DNA of 63,883 nucleotides, filler included. It is 5 parts of 5 records of this genome, joined end to end, with 100 filler letters (N's around TTAATTAATTAA, not from the genome) between each part and the next. Parts side by side here need not be neighbours in the genome. Positions count along the whole stretch, not along the records: positions 51,657 to 58,675 come from SRR2962707_1094; positions 58,776 to 63,883 come from SRR2962707_1139; 3 more parts are not named here. The stretch is one strand, 5' to 3'. Positions 51,557-62,174 of the stretch are shown piece by piece (positions within the stretch are counted from its first letter, which is position 1; every line of letters starts with the position of its first letter). A program made the translations under genes and the position numbers. A model generated the notes under the pieces. That model did no database searches. It had not been told where the DNA came from and was given only the letters and a program-made list of their open reading frames with translations.

Positions 51557-51656
51557 NNNNNNNNNNNNNNNNNNNNNNNNNNNNNNNNNNNNNNNNNNNN
51601 TTAATTAATTAANNNNNNNNNNNNNNNNNNNNNNNNNNNNNNNNNNNNNNNNNNNN
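51557..51656. other. Artificial contig spacer
   Basis: N44-TTAATTAATTAA-N44. Confidence 0.99.
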
Positions 51657-51958
51657 CACACACACGCACGCACGCACACACAACCGCTGAACACCCGCGA
51701 AATGTAAAAACATCGACAAAAGTGCGAGTGAAATAAGTTCTGAATCTTAATAATTCCCCCCCCCCCTTTCTAGATCGGTTCAGAGACCTTCTGACATGCC
51801 GGTAGGTAGGGACTGACAGAGATGGAGATGGAGAGGTGAGCCGTGAGGAGCCGCCGCGGTTTCTGAAACCGTAGGAAAACAATGTGCTGCGAAGGGAGGA
51901 CTGAGAGGCAGCAGCAGCAGCAGCAGCCGTAGTTCAACACGCACTTGTCGCCTCGACT

Positions 51959-54900
51959 ATGCGTTCGACACACCTCGCGACGCACCGAGCGAGCGTGTTG
52001 CAGCAGCTCAAACGCGCCTGTTGCTGCAACCACAACGTAAAATCCCCGAGCTATTCACGAAACGAAGTGGCTTCTAGCGTGCCTCCGAAGACGCTGGCTG
52101 CTGCCTCTGTACGGCGCTTTATTTGCGGAGTGAAGCAAGAGCGGTCCCAGCTCGGACCACGCGCGCAAGGTCGAAATACGTGGAGCGTGAGACCTGGCGG
52201 TATTAGCGCAAGTGCTGCTGCAATTGCAGCCATCGGTCTGCTGGGAACTTTCGATGTCGCTGCTGACGAAACCGACCTGCCTTCACCTCCACGGCTTGAA
52301 CCTCGATGGGAACGGCTAAAGGCAATGTATGGTGACCAAGACCGAATGGATGAATTTGCGTGGGTCCGTCGTGAAAACGAGAGTGGCTCAGTTTTTGCGG
52401 CTCCTATTGCCTCGAGTTTGCTATCTGACTACTTGGCACAGGAATGGGAATACGCCGAGAGGGCGCTCTCCGATTGTGACGAACTTCGATTCTCCCTCGA
52501 GCAAGAGATTTCCGAAGGAAAACGGTTGTACTCGACCACTTCGACCACAGTAAACGACGTGGACGCTGTACTTGATGAGCACGAAGAACAGCTTACAGTT
52601 GGCGTTGGCGATGCTGTTCGGCACTTTTTCGGCCTGAAAATACCTCACAGCGATGTGCCAGCAGTCGTGTGCTGCAGCCGTGCGGATCGGTGGGCGCACG
52701 GCGACGCCAATGGGGAGAATGCCACTCCTTGCCCGCAATGCCGTGTCGTATTGGACGCCGACAAGTTGATACGTGCATACTGCACTGACATAGGCAGTAG
52801 CGGGCGCTACTTCAAAATTCCGGCGATTCAGGTGAGTCCAGACGGCCGACTGGCAGCGCTGCTTGTTGATGCCAATGGACACGAGCGCTTCGACCTTTTG
52901 ATTGCACAGCTAGACATTGACTCCCAAACTAGCGAGACGCCAACATATCGCGTCATTGCTTCGGCCTGTGGTTCATCGTTTGCGTGGATTTCTGGACCTT
53001 CACCTAGCTTCCGCAACAGTAATGCCGCTCAAGTTGGGAAAACGTACTCGTTGCTGCACACCAGCTTGGAAGGCTTACGGCAGCAGGTGTTGTGCACCAT
53101 GATCTCAGAACTCCCCCAAAACTCTTGCAAGCAAGGCGCTTCCTGGTTGACTGCAGCAAATGTGGCTCAAGATGCGGTTTGCGAGGCCAAGTCGTCCGCG
53201 TCCCACTTTGAAATCTGGGAGAGCCGCTCGAAAAAAGTGGTGTTTGTATCTGAAGCGACGCGAAACAGCAATTCGCTTCGCTTCGTAGAGAAGCAGTCGC
53301 TTCCAAGTCAACAAGCAGACTCCAATTCTGCCAAAAGAGAAGGTAGTGCCGGCGAACCGCAAGCTGGTTGGCACGGGAAGCTGCCTCTTCGATTCGTGCG
53401 ACCTCCAAACAATGACGAGACAGTTGACGCGCAGGACTGGGGCGATGACTTTTTCATATTGCACGTGAGTGGCAGCGGTGGGTATTCCTCCATTCGCTAC
53501 TGCAAAAGGCCGCCAGCCCATATTGCGCAGAAACACCAAGGCACAGTTGATGGCAAGGAGTCTTCGGAAGTGGTGTCATTGGATGGCTGGGAACGCGCGT
53601 GGGATGAAAGCTTTGGCTGCTTCTACTTCCATCACAAGCAATCTGGCGTTTCCCTTTGGGATCTTCCTCAAAACAACCTGGAGATTGCGCAGATGGAGTT
53701 GTTGGGCATTGGCCAGCACGCCTTTACCAGTCAGTCCCACGATGAGGAGATTCTCATCGAATTCTGCGACAATGGCTCCGATCTGAGTGAGCTGCCGCTT
53801 GCTCCATCGAGGGCGCTGTTTGCTGAGTCGATGTTTGTGACGGAGCGTCACTTGGCTTACTTACGACGCACAAATCATGGTCACGTGGACTTTGTTTGGC
53901 ATCGAGTTTCGGTGGAAAGTCGAGAGATAGAAGCGACAAGTACGCATTCCGGTGTTGGGCGCACTGAGAAGCATGTTGTATTGGGAAGGGAACGCGTGTT
54001 GTCAGCTGCAAAACTGAGCGAAAAGGGTACCGTGGATGAAGAGCTTCTGCTGAAACGGCGGCTTACAAAGTGCGGCACAGCTGCCAACCATGGCGGCATG
54101 GACTTGCTTGTCGAGAATCAATCAGTGTGTCCTGTTCCGATCCGAGCAGACCCTGTGCCAGCGAGTGCTGGGCGGTTCAACGTGGGCACAAGTAACAACG
54201 ACGCACGTGAGCTGGTCCGTATAACGTGGTCCACCTTTGATTCTCCTCGTGGAGCGGTGCGACTGGATCTAGACACGGGTGCAACATCGCAAATACAACA
54301 ACCGAAGTCATTGAGCGAGGAAGCCCCGTCGCTCTACGCACAGGTGAGAGTGTGGGTCCGCGCTCCACGAAATGTGCCCGCCAGCGACACGCAGCCGCGT
54401 GAAAGCTCCGACTCCACCATATATGTCCCCGTGTCGCTCGTGTTCCGACGAGATTGTGCACGTTTGGATGGCAGTTGCCCTGCCGTTGTGAGAGTGTACG
54501 GGTGCTACGGAGCCGCCGATCCGCTGGTATTTCGAGCGGCGGATGTCCCACTCTTAGACCGTGGTGTAATAGTCGCACATGTACACGTGCGCGGGGGTGG
54601 GGAACTGGGCTCATACTGGCACGACGAGGGGCGTATGTTGTTGAAACGCAACTCTATCTCCGACCTGCGCGCATGTCTTGAGGCGCTGCAAGGGATTCCG
54701 ATCACTGCATTTGCAGGTGGTAGCGACGCGGCAAGCGCACGAACACTCTCGAAGGGGTTGGTCGCACGGGGGCAGGTTGCGCTCCACGGTTTCTCCGCGG
54801 GGGGACTCGTGGCTGCCGCATTGGCAAACTCTGCGCCCCACTTGGTTGACGTGCTGGTTCTGGAGTCTCCCTTCCTCGACCTCCTCAACAGCATGCTGGA

Positions 54901-55387
54901 CCCGAGCCTGCCTTTGGTGGTTGGAGAGCGCACGGAATGGTGTGATCCGTTGGCAAGCCAAGAATGCTACTTCTACCTCAAGTCGTACAGCCCGTACGAG
55001 ACGATTTGCAACATTGCATCAGACTTGGTCGGTGACCGAGAAGTGTCTGCGACGGGTGACCGAGGTGCTTTGCCTCCTCGAGAACCAATATTCCCGGACA
55101 CGCTGGTCACAGCGAGCATGCACGACGCACGCGTAATGTTTTGGGAGCCCATTAAGTACACGAACAGATTGAGAAGGCAACTTCATGCATTGCAAAGTCG
55201 CCTGTTGGTGGACGAGCAAAGCTACGAGAACACCGTAGTGCTGCTGCGCATGCTTACACAGTCAAGGGGCGGGGGTCACGCCGAAAACCACAACCAATCG
55301 TTCGAGTGCTCCGACGAAGCATTTATCCAAGCATTCGTCCTTTCGCGGCTCTGCTCCCGCGCCGAGCGTGATCGGATGAAAAAGTGA
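51959..55387 (+). CDS. Oligopeptidase B-like S9A peptidase with a WW-domain insertion (single long exon)
   Basis: DEFAWVR, VSPDG, YGCYG, LLDRGVIVAHVHVRGGGELGSYWHDEGR, GFSAGG (Ser), SYSPY, DARV (Asp), GGH (His). Confidence 0.85.
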   Translation: MRSTHLATHRASVLQQLKRACCCNHNVKSPSYSRNEVASSVPPKTLAAASVRRFICGVKQERSQLGPRAQGRNTWSVRPGGISASAAAIAAIGLLGTFDVAADETDLPSPPRLEPRWERLKAMYGDQDRMDEFAWVRRENESGSVFAAPIASSLLSDYLAQEWEYAERALSDCDELRFSLEQEISEGKRLYSTTSTTVNDVDAVLDEHEEQLTVGVGDAVRHFFGLKIPHSDVPAVVCCSRADRWAHGDANGENATPCPQCRVVLDADKLIRAYCTDIGSSGRYFKIPAIQVSPDGRLAALLVDANGHERFDLLIAQLDIDSQTSETPTYRVIASACGSSFAWISGPSPSFRNSNAAQVGKTYSLLHTSLEGLRQQVLCTMISELPQNSCKQGASWLTAANVAQDAVCEAKSSASHFEIWESRSKKVVFVSEATRNSNSLRFVEKQSLPSQQADSNSAKREGSAGEPQAGWHGKLPLRFVRPPNNDETVDAQDWGDDFFILHVSGSGGYSSIRYCKRPPAHIAQKHQGTVDGKESSEVVSLDGWERAWDESFGCFYFHHKQSGVSLWDLPQNNLEIAQMELLGIGQHAFTSQSHDEEILIEFCDNGSDLSELPLAPSRALFAESMFVTERHLAYLRRTNHGHVDFVWHRVSVESREIEATSTHSGVGRTEKHVVLGRERVLSAAKLSEKGTVDEELLLKRRLTKCGTAANHGGMDLLVENQSVCPVPIRADPVPASAGRFNVGTSNNDARELVRITWSTFDSPRGAVRLDLDTGATSQIQQPKSLSEEAPSLYAQVRVWVRAPRNVPASDTQPRESSDSTIYVPVSLVFRRDCARLDGSCPAVVRVYGCYGAADPLVFRAADVPLLDRGVIVAHVHVRGGGELGSYWHDEGRMLLKRNSISDLRACLEALQGIPITAFAGGSDAASARTLSKGLVARGQVALHGFSAGGLVAAALANSAPHLVDVLVLESPFLDLLNSMLDPSLPLVVGERTEWCDPLASQECYFYLKSYSPYETICNIASDLVGDREVSATGDRGALPPREPIFPDTLVTASMHDARVMFWEPIKYTNRLRRQLHALQSRLLVDEQSYENTVVLLRMLTQSRGGGHAENHNQSFECSDEAFIQAFVLSRLCSRAERDRMKK

Positions 55388-55521
55388 TGCGCATGCCAAT
55401 GCATGGAGGAAATTCACAAGGTTTACATGAAATAATAGTTGCATGACACAAACGCTTAGGGGCCCAAGACCACCATGCACTCATGCCGCGTGTTCGAAAA
55501 TGGGAAGGACCACCACCCAAT

Positions 55522-57971
55522 TTAAATGTCTGCCTCGTCCTGCAACACTTTAGCTTCCTCGACAAAGAAGCTCGAAGCTTGCTCCGCGTACTGCTTCAGG
55601 AGGCCTTCAATGACCTTCTTTTCTTTGCCTTGGTTCTTTGTCAAAAACGCAGTTATCTTTTCCACCTGGAATCCCGCGATATCACATTGTGCAGAAACAA
55701 TACATGGGCATTAGACATCGCAAGGGAGGGTACATGGTGGAGCAAGGCATCAAGCACGCTTTCAAACTACAACATGCCTTGTCGGGGAAGTTGGCTTTGT
55801 AGAATTCTACAATCTTCGGTTGTGCTTTGAGCCACATCGGGTCCACCACAGGCGCTTTCTTTTTCTTCTTAGCGCCGGTGGCGGTGCCACGTCCACGGCC
55901 TCGTCCTGTGCGAAGGCCGCGGCCTCGAGCAGTTGACGTGCCACGGCCTCGGCCCGTCGAGGTACCTCGACCTCTGCCACGGCCACGACTTGCTGTAGTT
56001 TTGCCTGCGCTGGTGCGGCGCACTGCAGATCCTCGTGCAAGCGCGCCGCCACTGCCAGCTCGCGTCATACCGCGCCCTCGGCCTCGCCCTCCCGACGTTC
56101 GTCTCGCTGCGACAACAGCAAGACTCGCGCCCCGCATGGTCGGCGAGCTGCTCGGTCAAGCCAACAAGAAATGCAACGCAAGAACACAAGCCGACATTGC
56201 GAGGGCGTCAATCGTGGATGCACACAAAACTGCGTCCTCCAACTCACACGGACAGTAAGCAAGCAATTGGCCAAACGCACCTGCCGCGCCCACGCGATCG
56301 CCCACGCCCACGCCCCGCTCCTCGACTCGGCGAAGAAAGGCTTCGCGAACGTGCTACAGTACCGCGCCCGCGCCCAGTTGCACTGGCGCGACCTCGGCCA
56401 CCTCGCCCAGAGGCGATCCGGCTTCCACGACCACGCCCTCGCCCTCTCCCAGATCCCCGCCGAGTGGGGGACGCCTTCGTTTTGGCTGTGGCAGATCCTT
56501 TCCTGACCTTTCTGACCGTCTTCTTCTTCGCGACGGGCGAGCTTTTGGGGCTGGACGCTTTGAAGCTTTCAAGCTCCTCAGCACTCAGTTTTCCTTCGTC
56601 AAACATCTGCTGTGCTTCTGCCAAAACGCGGGCTTCGTCGACCTCCTTCTCGGTCTTCACACTGTGTCCGTCGTCGCCATCGGCGTCGTCGTCCTGGACG
56701 GAGTCCGCTGTTGCCTCTTCGTCTTCGTCTTCGTCATCATCATCATCGTCGTTATCATCGTCGTTTCCATCTTCTTCATCACCATGATCTTCTTCTTCGT
56801 CTTCATGGTCGCTATGGGCTTTTTCCTGCTCTTCTTTGGCTTTCGCTGCAAAAAAAGCAGCGTTGGCGTCTAGTTCCCGTTGGCTCGCGGTGCGTTCTAC
56901 CTCTGCCTCAAAGTTCAAAGGCGCGTCATCGTCATCCGTGGCGCCCTCGGGCAGAGGAATACTTGGTGAAGCTGCGTCATCTTCGCCGCCATCTTCGTCC
57001 CGGTCCACAGCATCTGCATATTCGTCGTCGTCATCGTCGCCAAGGGGTTCCTCGCCCTCCTCGAGCACCTCGTCCTCTGGATGTTCGAAGTCGTCGTCGT
57101 CGTCCTCCTCCTCCCCGTCGCCGTGGTTGTTGAAAGCGTCGAGGGCAGCCTCAAGGGACTTGACAGTCGAGTAACCCTGTTCGTGAGCCGCGGCCTGGCC
57201 AAAGACGATCGTCTTTGGGTGCGAATAGAAGGCAACGATGAACTCCTTGACTTTGCCCACGGATGCGTATTGGAAGTCCTGCTCAAATGGCTTTTCACCT
57301 TTGCCGGAACCTTTCGGGGAAGCGAACCCCATCAAAAGCTTGCAGCCCTTGCGCATTCCGGGGACTTGGTTGAGAATTGAAAAGGGCTTAATATCTTGAA
57401 TAAGCACGCCTGCAGGGCCGTGGTTGGACAGAATGTCCTCAATCAGGGCACCCACCGGGGTGCGCGGTGCAAAATCCACCCACATCGCACCGCCGTCGTC
57501 CACCTGGTAGAACTTGGACCGCGACTGCAATGTCTTGTACCACGTGGCCACCACCTCCGCATCTTGGTGCTTCAACCTGTACGTCTCGCCGGACTCGAGG
57601 GACAGAAATAGCGTGGCGTTGTCGACGTTCACCCCCGTGAGACCGGTCTTGATGTAGATGGTCTCCTTTGGGGCGCCCCCGGACTGCGCCGGGTTGAAGT
57701 ACGTCAGCACTGAGTCTTCCAGCACGAACAGCCGTTGCTTCTTCGCCACCAGCTTGCCCGATTTCTTCTTCAGCTCAAACGTGTCCCGCAACACAGTGCT
57801 GTGGATGCGGAGCCCTGGCGACCAGTGCGAGTCTGAAAGCTCTCCACCAGGCCCTTCACTTCCAGCGGCGGCGGCGGCGGCGGCAGCAGCAGCAGCTGTA
57901 GAGTTCTCATCGGCGGGCTGCGGACTCTTGTCTGCACCTCCAGCGGCAGGAGCGGCGGCAGTTGTGGACAT
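55522..57971 (-). CDS. Three-exon eukaryotic gene: PH / PDZ-like / acidic tract / RG-rich tract / C-terminal helical domain (exons 57971-56281, 56147-55778, 55665-55522)
   Basis: PH: KKKSGKLVAKKQRLFVLEDSVLTYF...VATWYKTLQ. Intron 56148-56280 (GT-AG, phase 2) and intron 55666-55777 (GC-AG) both keep the frame to the TAA at 55522. Confidence 0.75.
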
Positions 57972-58229
57972 TGGCTCTCACAGAATGGGAACGCCGCAGC
58001 GCTGCGTGAACGAAGTTACCCAAGGGTGAGAGCACAACCAATGCGCAAATTTACGGAGTGGATAGGCCCTGTTGAATTGATAAGCAGCAACAACTAGCGC
58101 CCCGGCCCTTCACAATGTGCACTTCAACAACAAAAGCACGAACCAAACCAATGTGGCAAAGCCGTCCTTGGCGCCTGTCCAGTCAGGACACACTAATTAT
58201 CGCCGACCCCGCACACAGCGAAAAACAAC

Positions 58230-58470
58230 GAGGAAGAAGGAGAGCGAGCAGGAGAGAGCGAGAGGGAGAAAGAGAGAAGGCGGCGCAAGAGAACGAGAAG
58301 AGAGAAAAACGAGAAGACAGAGAGAGAAACAAGGAGAGAACGAAAAAACAGCGAGAACGAGACGAGAGAACAAGAAGAGAGAGAACAAGAAGCGAGAGAA
58401 AAAACAGAGAGGAAAAAACAGGGAGAAAAAACAGAGAGAGAGAACAAAAAGGAGAGAACAAGAGAGAACA
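58230..58470 (+). repeat. Purine-rich (A/G) low-complexity tract
   Basis: Almost T-free AGAGAAC/GAGAAA-like runs. Confidence 0.85.
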
Positions 58471-58675
58471 ACTTTTGAGGTACAGAGATCGTGCGCCTGC
58501 GCTTCACATCGAGTCTCAGTTGTGCGAGAACGAACGTCAAGAGCCTACCGAGAGCTCGAAAGTCTGCAGATGATCGCGACACACAGGGGCCAAGACGGAG
58601 ACAGAGTGAACTTGCAGCGAGAAGCGTCCGAGCAGATCGACGGAGTGAGTTCGTGAGTTCGTGAGTGAGTTGAGT

Positions 58676-58775
58676 NNNNNNNNNNNNNNNNNNNNNNNNN
58701 NNNNNNNNNNNNNNNNNNNTTAATTAATTAANNNNNNNNNNNNNNNNNNNNNNNNNNNNNNNNNNNNNNNNNNNN
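58676..58775. other. Artificial contig spacer
   Basis: N44-TTAATTAATTAA-N44. Confidence 0.99.
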
Positions 58776-58805
58776 TCGCAGGTTCGAATCCTGCCACGCC
58801 GACCA
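58776..58805 (+). tRNA. 3' part of a tRNA (probably tRNA-Pro), truncated by the contig start
   Basis: T-arm GCAGG-TTCGAAT-CCTGC, acceptor strand CACGCCG, discriminator A, CCA. G72/A73 is typical of tRNA-Pro; the anticodon is not visible. Confidence 0.8.
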
Positions 58806-58871
58806 TTTTCCCGCATCTCAGTCCCTTCTTTACGACGAAATACTCCCCTTTAAGCGACTCTTTTCTTTCAA

Positions 58872-58889
58872 TTGACATAAAGCTTTCAC
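58872..58889 (+). promoter_or_regulatory. Probable Pho box
   Basis: TTGACAT-AAAG-CTTTCAC versus CTGTCAT-A(A/T)A(T/A)-CTGTCA(C/T); TACAAC -10-like hexamer 10 nt downstream. Confidence 0.55.
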
Positions 58890-58934
58890 ATTGGACATGT
58901 ACAACGGTGCTCTCATCCCAACGGAGCAGCAGTA

Positions 58935-60515
58935 ATGTCCGACCAATCCTCCCTTTTGGTAGAGAAGCTCTGGCGACTCAAACGTCGCATCGACAAGGGC
59001 CAGTGCCCGAGCGTCGACTTTGTCCATCTCAACGTCTTGCTGAGAGAGCCCAACTACCGCAATGACGTTCTGATGCGTGTGGAAGCCAATGGCACGCCAG
59101 AGCTTCAGGCGCTGGCACGCGAGATCATGGCCAACGATGATGGCCGTCCGCTGATGGCCAAGTCCTCGAACCAGAAACTTCAGGCCAGTCCCGTCACGCC
59201 GCAAAAAAGACGCGGTTGGTTTGCCCGTCACGCGCTAGTACTGGTTCCCGTCATTGGCACGGTTGTCGCCACGGTCGCCGGTTTTACCGCATTTGAGAAT
59301 CGCAACGTGCGTATCAGCGCCGACATTACCACAGACACCGTCTGGGAAAGCGGTCATCGATACACCCTTGAAAACACCGTGTTTGTGGAAGGCGCGAACC
59401 TGACCATTGAACCCGGCGTAACCATAGAGGGCGAACCCGGTTCCGCCCTGGTTGTCACGTCCAGTGCCAAACTGTTTGCCCGCGGCAGCCGTAACCAACC
59501 GGTGGTCTTTACCAGTAGCAAGGAACCCGGAGCACGGGCTCGCGGTGACTGGGGTGGCGTTGTGCTTCTTGGAAAGGCACCGGTGAACGAGCCGAACGCC
59601 CGCATTGAAGGCGTACCTGAAAACGACACCCGTGGGCAATTCGGTGGCAGCGACACGCAGCATAGTTGCGGCGTGGTGCAATACACCCGCATTGAGTTTG
59701 CCGGTTTCGAGGTCTATCAGAACAACGAGCTGAACGGCTTAACCCTGGGTGGCTGTGGCTCCAACACCATCATCCAGAACGTGCAGGTTCACCGTGCTCT
59801 GGACGACGGTATCGAAATGTTCGGTGGCACCGTCGACCTGAAAAACATCCTGGTGACCGGTGCTGCCGATGACAGCATCGACTGGGACTGGGGCTGGCGA
59901 GGCCGGGTACAGTTTGCCATTATTCAGCAGTACCGGGATGTTGGCGATAACGCCTTTGAGGGCGACAACAACGGTTCCAGCCACTCGGCCGTGCCACGGT
60001 CCGAACCCACATTCTACAACGTCACCCTTTATGGCAGCGGCCGTTCCGCCAAAGAACATCGCGCTATTATGCTAAGAGAGGGATCCGGCGGCCACTTCCA
60101 CAATATGATCATCGACAGTTACGCCATTGAGGCCCTGGATACCAGGGATGAGGTCACCGCGCTGATAGGCATGAATGCCCTGACGTTCAGCCACAACCTG
60201 CTTGCCAATAACGGTAGGTTGGGCAACCTCACCATTGTTAACGAAACCGATGATGACGATTTCGGCTTCAACGAAGAGTTGTGGATACGCAGCCCCGAAC
60301 TGCAGAACACCGTACAGGTTGAAACCGGCTTGCAACCCTCTGTCACCAGCGAGTCGTCGCCGCATTTCCGCCCCAGAAGCTCAGTGCGCGCCATGACCGC
60401 CAAACGGCCTCCGAAAGCCGAATTCTTTGATGAGTCGGCAATGTACCAGGGCGCGATCAACCCCAGGGCCACATCAACCTGGCTGGATGACTGGACGGCA
60501 TTTCCGGAATCCTGA
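58935..60515 (+). CDS. Membrane-anchored right-handed beta-helix protein with a cytoplasmic N-terminal domain
   Basis: About 95-aa soluble N-terminus, one TM, then ITTDTVW..LTIEPGVTI..PVVFTS..GDWGGVVLLGKAP..RIEFAG..NGLTLGGCG..DDGIEMFGG..DDSIDWDWG..W..WTAF. Confidence 0.8.
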   Translation: MSDQSSLLVEKLWRLKRRIDKGQCPSVDFVHLNVLLREPNYRNDVLMRVEANGTPELQALAREIMANDDGRPLMAKSSNQKLQASPVTPQKRRGWFARHALVLVPVIGTVVATVAGFTAFENRNVRISADITTDTVWESGHRYTLENTVFVEGANLTIEPGVTIEGEPGSALVVTSSAKLFARGSRNQPVVFTSSKEPGARARGDWGGVVLLGKAPVNEPNARIEGVPENDTRGQFGGSDTQHSCGVVQYTRIEFAGFEVYQNNELNGLTLGGCGSNTIIQNVQVHRALDDGIEMFGGTVDLKNILVTGAADDSIDWDWGWRGRVQFAIIQQYRDVGDNAFEGDNNGSSHSAVPRSEPTFYNVTLYGSGRSAKEHRAIMLREGSGGHFHNMIIDSYAIEALDTRDEVTALIGMNALTFSHNLLANNGRLGNLTIVNETDDDDFGFNEELWIRSPELQNTVQVETGLQPSVTSESSPHFRPRSSVRAMTAKRPPKAEFFDESAMYQGAINPRATSTWLDDWTAFPES

Positions 60516-60614
60516 CGAGCTTACCAATGCCTGGGAGGGTGGCTACCTCCACAAAGGAATGCAGAGGTCTGAACTTTTCTGTACCCTGCGCGGCTCTTCG
60601 CGAAAGGAACAACC

Positions 60615-62174
60615 ATGACCTCCCAGACAAACTCCCTGGCTACCGATGAACGGCCGGGCGCTTTCTCCGATAGCGACCCGATCGTTCTGACGCTTACGAT
60701 TGGCTTCATCCTGCTGTTCGTTGGTGCTTCCATTATTGACAGCAGCGCCGTCGCTACAGCGATTGGCGCCGGATTCACCTGGACGGCAAAGTACCTGGGG
60801 TCGTTCTTCCAACTACTCCTGCTGGCAACCTTTTTCATCGCACTCGGAACAGCAGTCAGCAAGGCGGGCAATGCACGGATTGGTGGCTTGGACGAGCCGG
60901 AAATCAGCCGTTTTCGCTGGCTTTCAATGATCATGTGTACATTGCTGGCCGGTGGAGGGGTGTTTTTCGCCGCCGGGGAACCGGTCTATCACTTTGTGGT
61001 AACACCACCGGCGTTTGATACCGAAGCCGGAACGGCTGCGGCCACCGCTCCCGCCATGGCGCAGTCGTTTACTCACTGGGGCTTCCTTGCCTGGGCCGTG
61101 CTCGGCTCGCTGACCGCACTGGTTCTCAGCAGGGCTCACTATGATCAGGGCAAACCGCTGCAGCCGCGAACCCTGTTGTATCCGGTGTTTGGTGAGAACG
61201 CTGTTCAAGGCAAGCTGGGTGGGGTGATTGACGCCCTTTGCGTCATTGCCGTGGTGGCGGGAACCGTCGGCCCTATCGGTTTCCTGGCAACCCAGGTGAG
61301 TTTCGGGCTGCACGAGCTGTTTGGCATCACCGATGGCTATGGCACCCAGCTCGCGGTACTGATCATTCTGGCCGGGGTGTACATGACATCCGCCATGACC
61401 GGACTGCACAAGGGTATTCAGTTGCTCAGCCGGTTCAACGTGCTCCTCGCCCTGGCCATCGCCGCGGTGATTTTCCTGTTCGGTCCCACGCTGTTTCTGG
61501 CCAACACCTTTACCCAGTCATTCGGCGAGTACCTGACGTCTTTCATGGCAATGTCGACGATGACCGCTGAAACGGCGCCGGACTGGTGGATGAAATGGTG
61601 GACGGTGTTTTTCTTCGCCTGGTTTATTGGTTACACGCCCTTGATGGCGGTGTTTGTGTCGCGAATTTCCCGCGGACGCACGGTTCGTGAAATGATCCTC
61701 GCGGTTGCCGTATTGGCACCTATTGCCACCACAATCTGGTTTACGCTGCTGGGTGGCTCGGGGATCTATCACCAGCTGGCCGGCACCTTTGACCTGACCG
61801 AAGCGTTGAACAATTTCCGTTTTGACGTCGCCACACTGACCGTGGCCCAGGCGCTGCCAGGAGGCACCTGGATGGCCGCCGCGATACTGCTACTCACCAC
61901 CATTTTTGTCGCCACCACCGGCGACTCCATGAGCTATTCCATTGCCATGGTGGGTGCGGGCCATGATGAGCCAAATCCTTGGATCCGGGTATTCTGGGGC
62001 GGTGCCATGGCGCTGATGGCCGCCATTCTGCTGTATATGGGTTCAGGGCAGATTGGCGTGCTACAGCAGTTCATTGTGATAACCGCCATACCGGTCTCCT
62101 TTGTCATACTGCCATCGCTATGGACAGGGCCGAAAGCGGCTATGGCCATGGCCCATGATCAGGGGCTTGCCTGA
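60615..62174 (+). CDS. BCCT-family transporter
   Basis: WLSMIMCTLLAGGGVFF, HWGFLAWA, WTVFFFAWFIGYTP..SRISRGRTVRE, TTGDS; AAGGAA RBS. Confidence 0.92.
   Translation: MTSQTNSLATDERPGAFSDSDPIVLTLTIGFILLFVGASIIDSSAVATAIGAGFTWTAKYLGSFFQLLLLATFFIALGTAVSKAGNARIGGLDEPEISRFRWLSMIMCTLLAGGGVFFAAGEPVYHFVVTPPAFDTEAGTAAATAPAMAQSFTHWGFLAWAVLGSLTALVLSRAHYDQGKPLQPRTLLYPVFGENAVQGKLGGVIDALCVIAVVAGTVGPIGFLATQVSFGLHELFGITDGYGTQLAVLIILAGVYMTSAMTGLHKGIQLLSRFNVLLALAIAAVIFLFGPTLFLANTFTQSFGEYLTSFMAMSTMTAETAPDWWMKWWTVFFFAWFIGYTPLMAVFVSRISRGRTVREMILAVAVLAPIATTIWFTLLGGSGIYHQLAGTFDLTEALNNFRFDVATLTVAQALPGGTWMAAAILLLTTIFVATTGDSMSYSIAMVGAGHDEPNPWIRVFWGGAMALMAAILLYMGSGQIGVLQQFIVITAIPVSFVILPSLWTGPKAAMAMAHDQGLA

Noticed and set aside
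51657..51930. (CA)/(GCAC), poly-C and (CAG) runs
   Set aside because: Ordinary eukaryotic microsatellites near a contig end.
58115..58656. ORFs rich in R/E/K (and S/L/F on the reverse strand)
   Set aside because: By-products of a T-poor purine tract that lacks stop codons.
58776..58805. tRNA 3' end as an att site of an integrated element
   Set aside because: No integrase or duplicate copy in view; the truncation is explained by the contig break.
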